Shown: piece by piece, positions 63,597 through 64,000 of the stretch
Numbering within the stretch: the first letter of the stretch is position 1
Layout of the letters: each line of letters opens with the position of its first letter
Assembly (NCBI GenBank): GCA_013239625.1
Contig: MU053860.1
Span: 1-64,000, forward strand
Direction: 5' to 3'
Length of the DNA stretch: 64,000 nucleotides
DNA from: Lama guanicoe
Taxonomy: Eukaryota
The notes under the pieces: generated by a model
Told to the model about the DNA's origin: nothing
The model's input: the letters and a program-made list of their open reading frames with translations, nothing else
Database searches by the model: none
Made by a program: the position numbers and the translations under genes

Positions 63597-64000
63597 TTGT
63601 CTGCACTTAAAAATAAACATTGCAATACTCAAAATAGCTCTTAAACAACATCATGGGACCTAGTCTTTGTATAGACAATTGAATAGATATTCTACTTCAA
63701 TAAGAATAAATGTTGGGGCATACCATTCTAAATCTGTTAATGGGCTTAAAAAAGATCATAGCTAGTGATAAACACGAGTTTTGGATCCAGTACTTCTTAG
63801 GGTCTGTTTTGCCATCATGGGAAATTACATTTTACAGATAATGCTAATTGTGTCTCTTTGGTATTTGGATGATTTAGCAGATAATCAATGCTTTCAAAAG
63901 CTGACCTTTTTGTATTTTAAACTAACTACAAAGTTATCTTCTAGAAGTTGGAAGTCCTAAGCTTGTGAAGTGCCCAGTAATTCAGTGTGTATGTGTCTGT

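Overview
Mammalian nuclear DNA, almost certainly from a camelid: it carries four tRNA-derived Vic-1-type SINEs and matching lineage-type L1 3' ends. No intact known protein-coding gene is visible. The window is instead a mosaic of decayed, intron-containing (unprocessed) fragments of genes that are unlinked in human. These are POFUT2 exons 1-2 with their CpG-island promoter (minus strand, ~11.1-12.8 kb), the last coding exon and probable 3'UTR of MRAP2 (plus, ~30 kb), and the first two coding exons of TRAPPC9 (plus, 46.4 kb and 55.1 kb). All carry stops, frameshifts or deletions. Between POFUT2 and MRAP2 lie three unexplained elements: a chain of six phase-compatible, stop-free exon-like segments that I cannot assign to a gene (15.0-25.4 kb, head-to-head with the POFUT2 promoter), a CAGGG-rich minisatellite, and a diverged ~160-bp GC-rich tandem array with ~960-bp higher-order structure, interrupted by a solo LTR. 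The rest is the usual L1/L2/MIR/MaLR/ERV/hAT/Tigger background, plus one 60-N gap. Gene identities come from my recall of the human proteins and repeat family names from recalled consensus sequences. No searches were run, and boundaries of old repeats are approximate.
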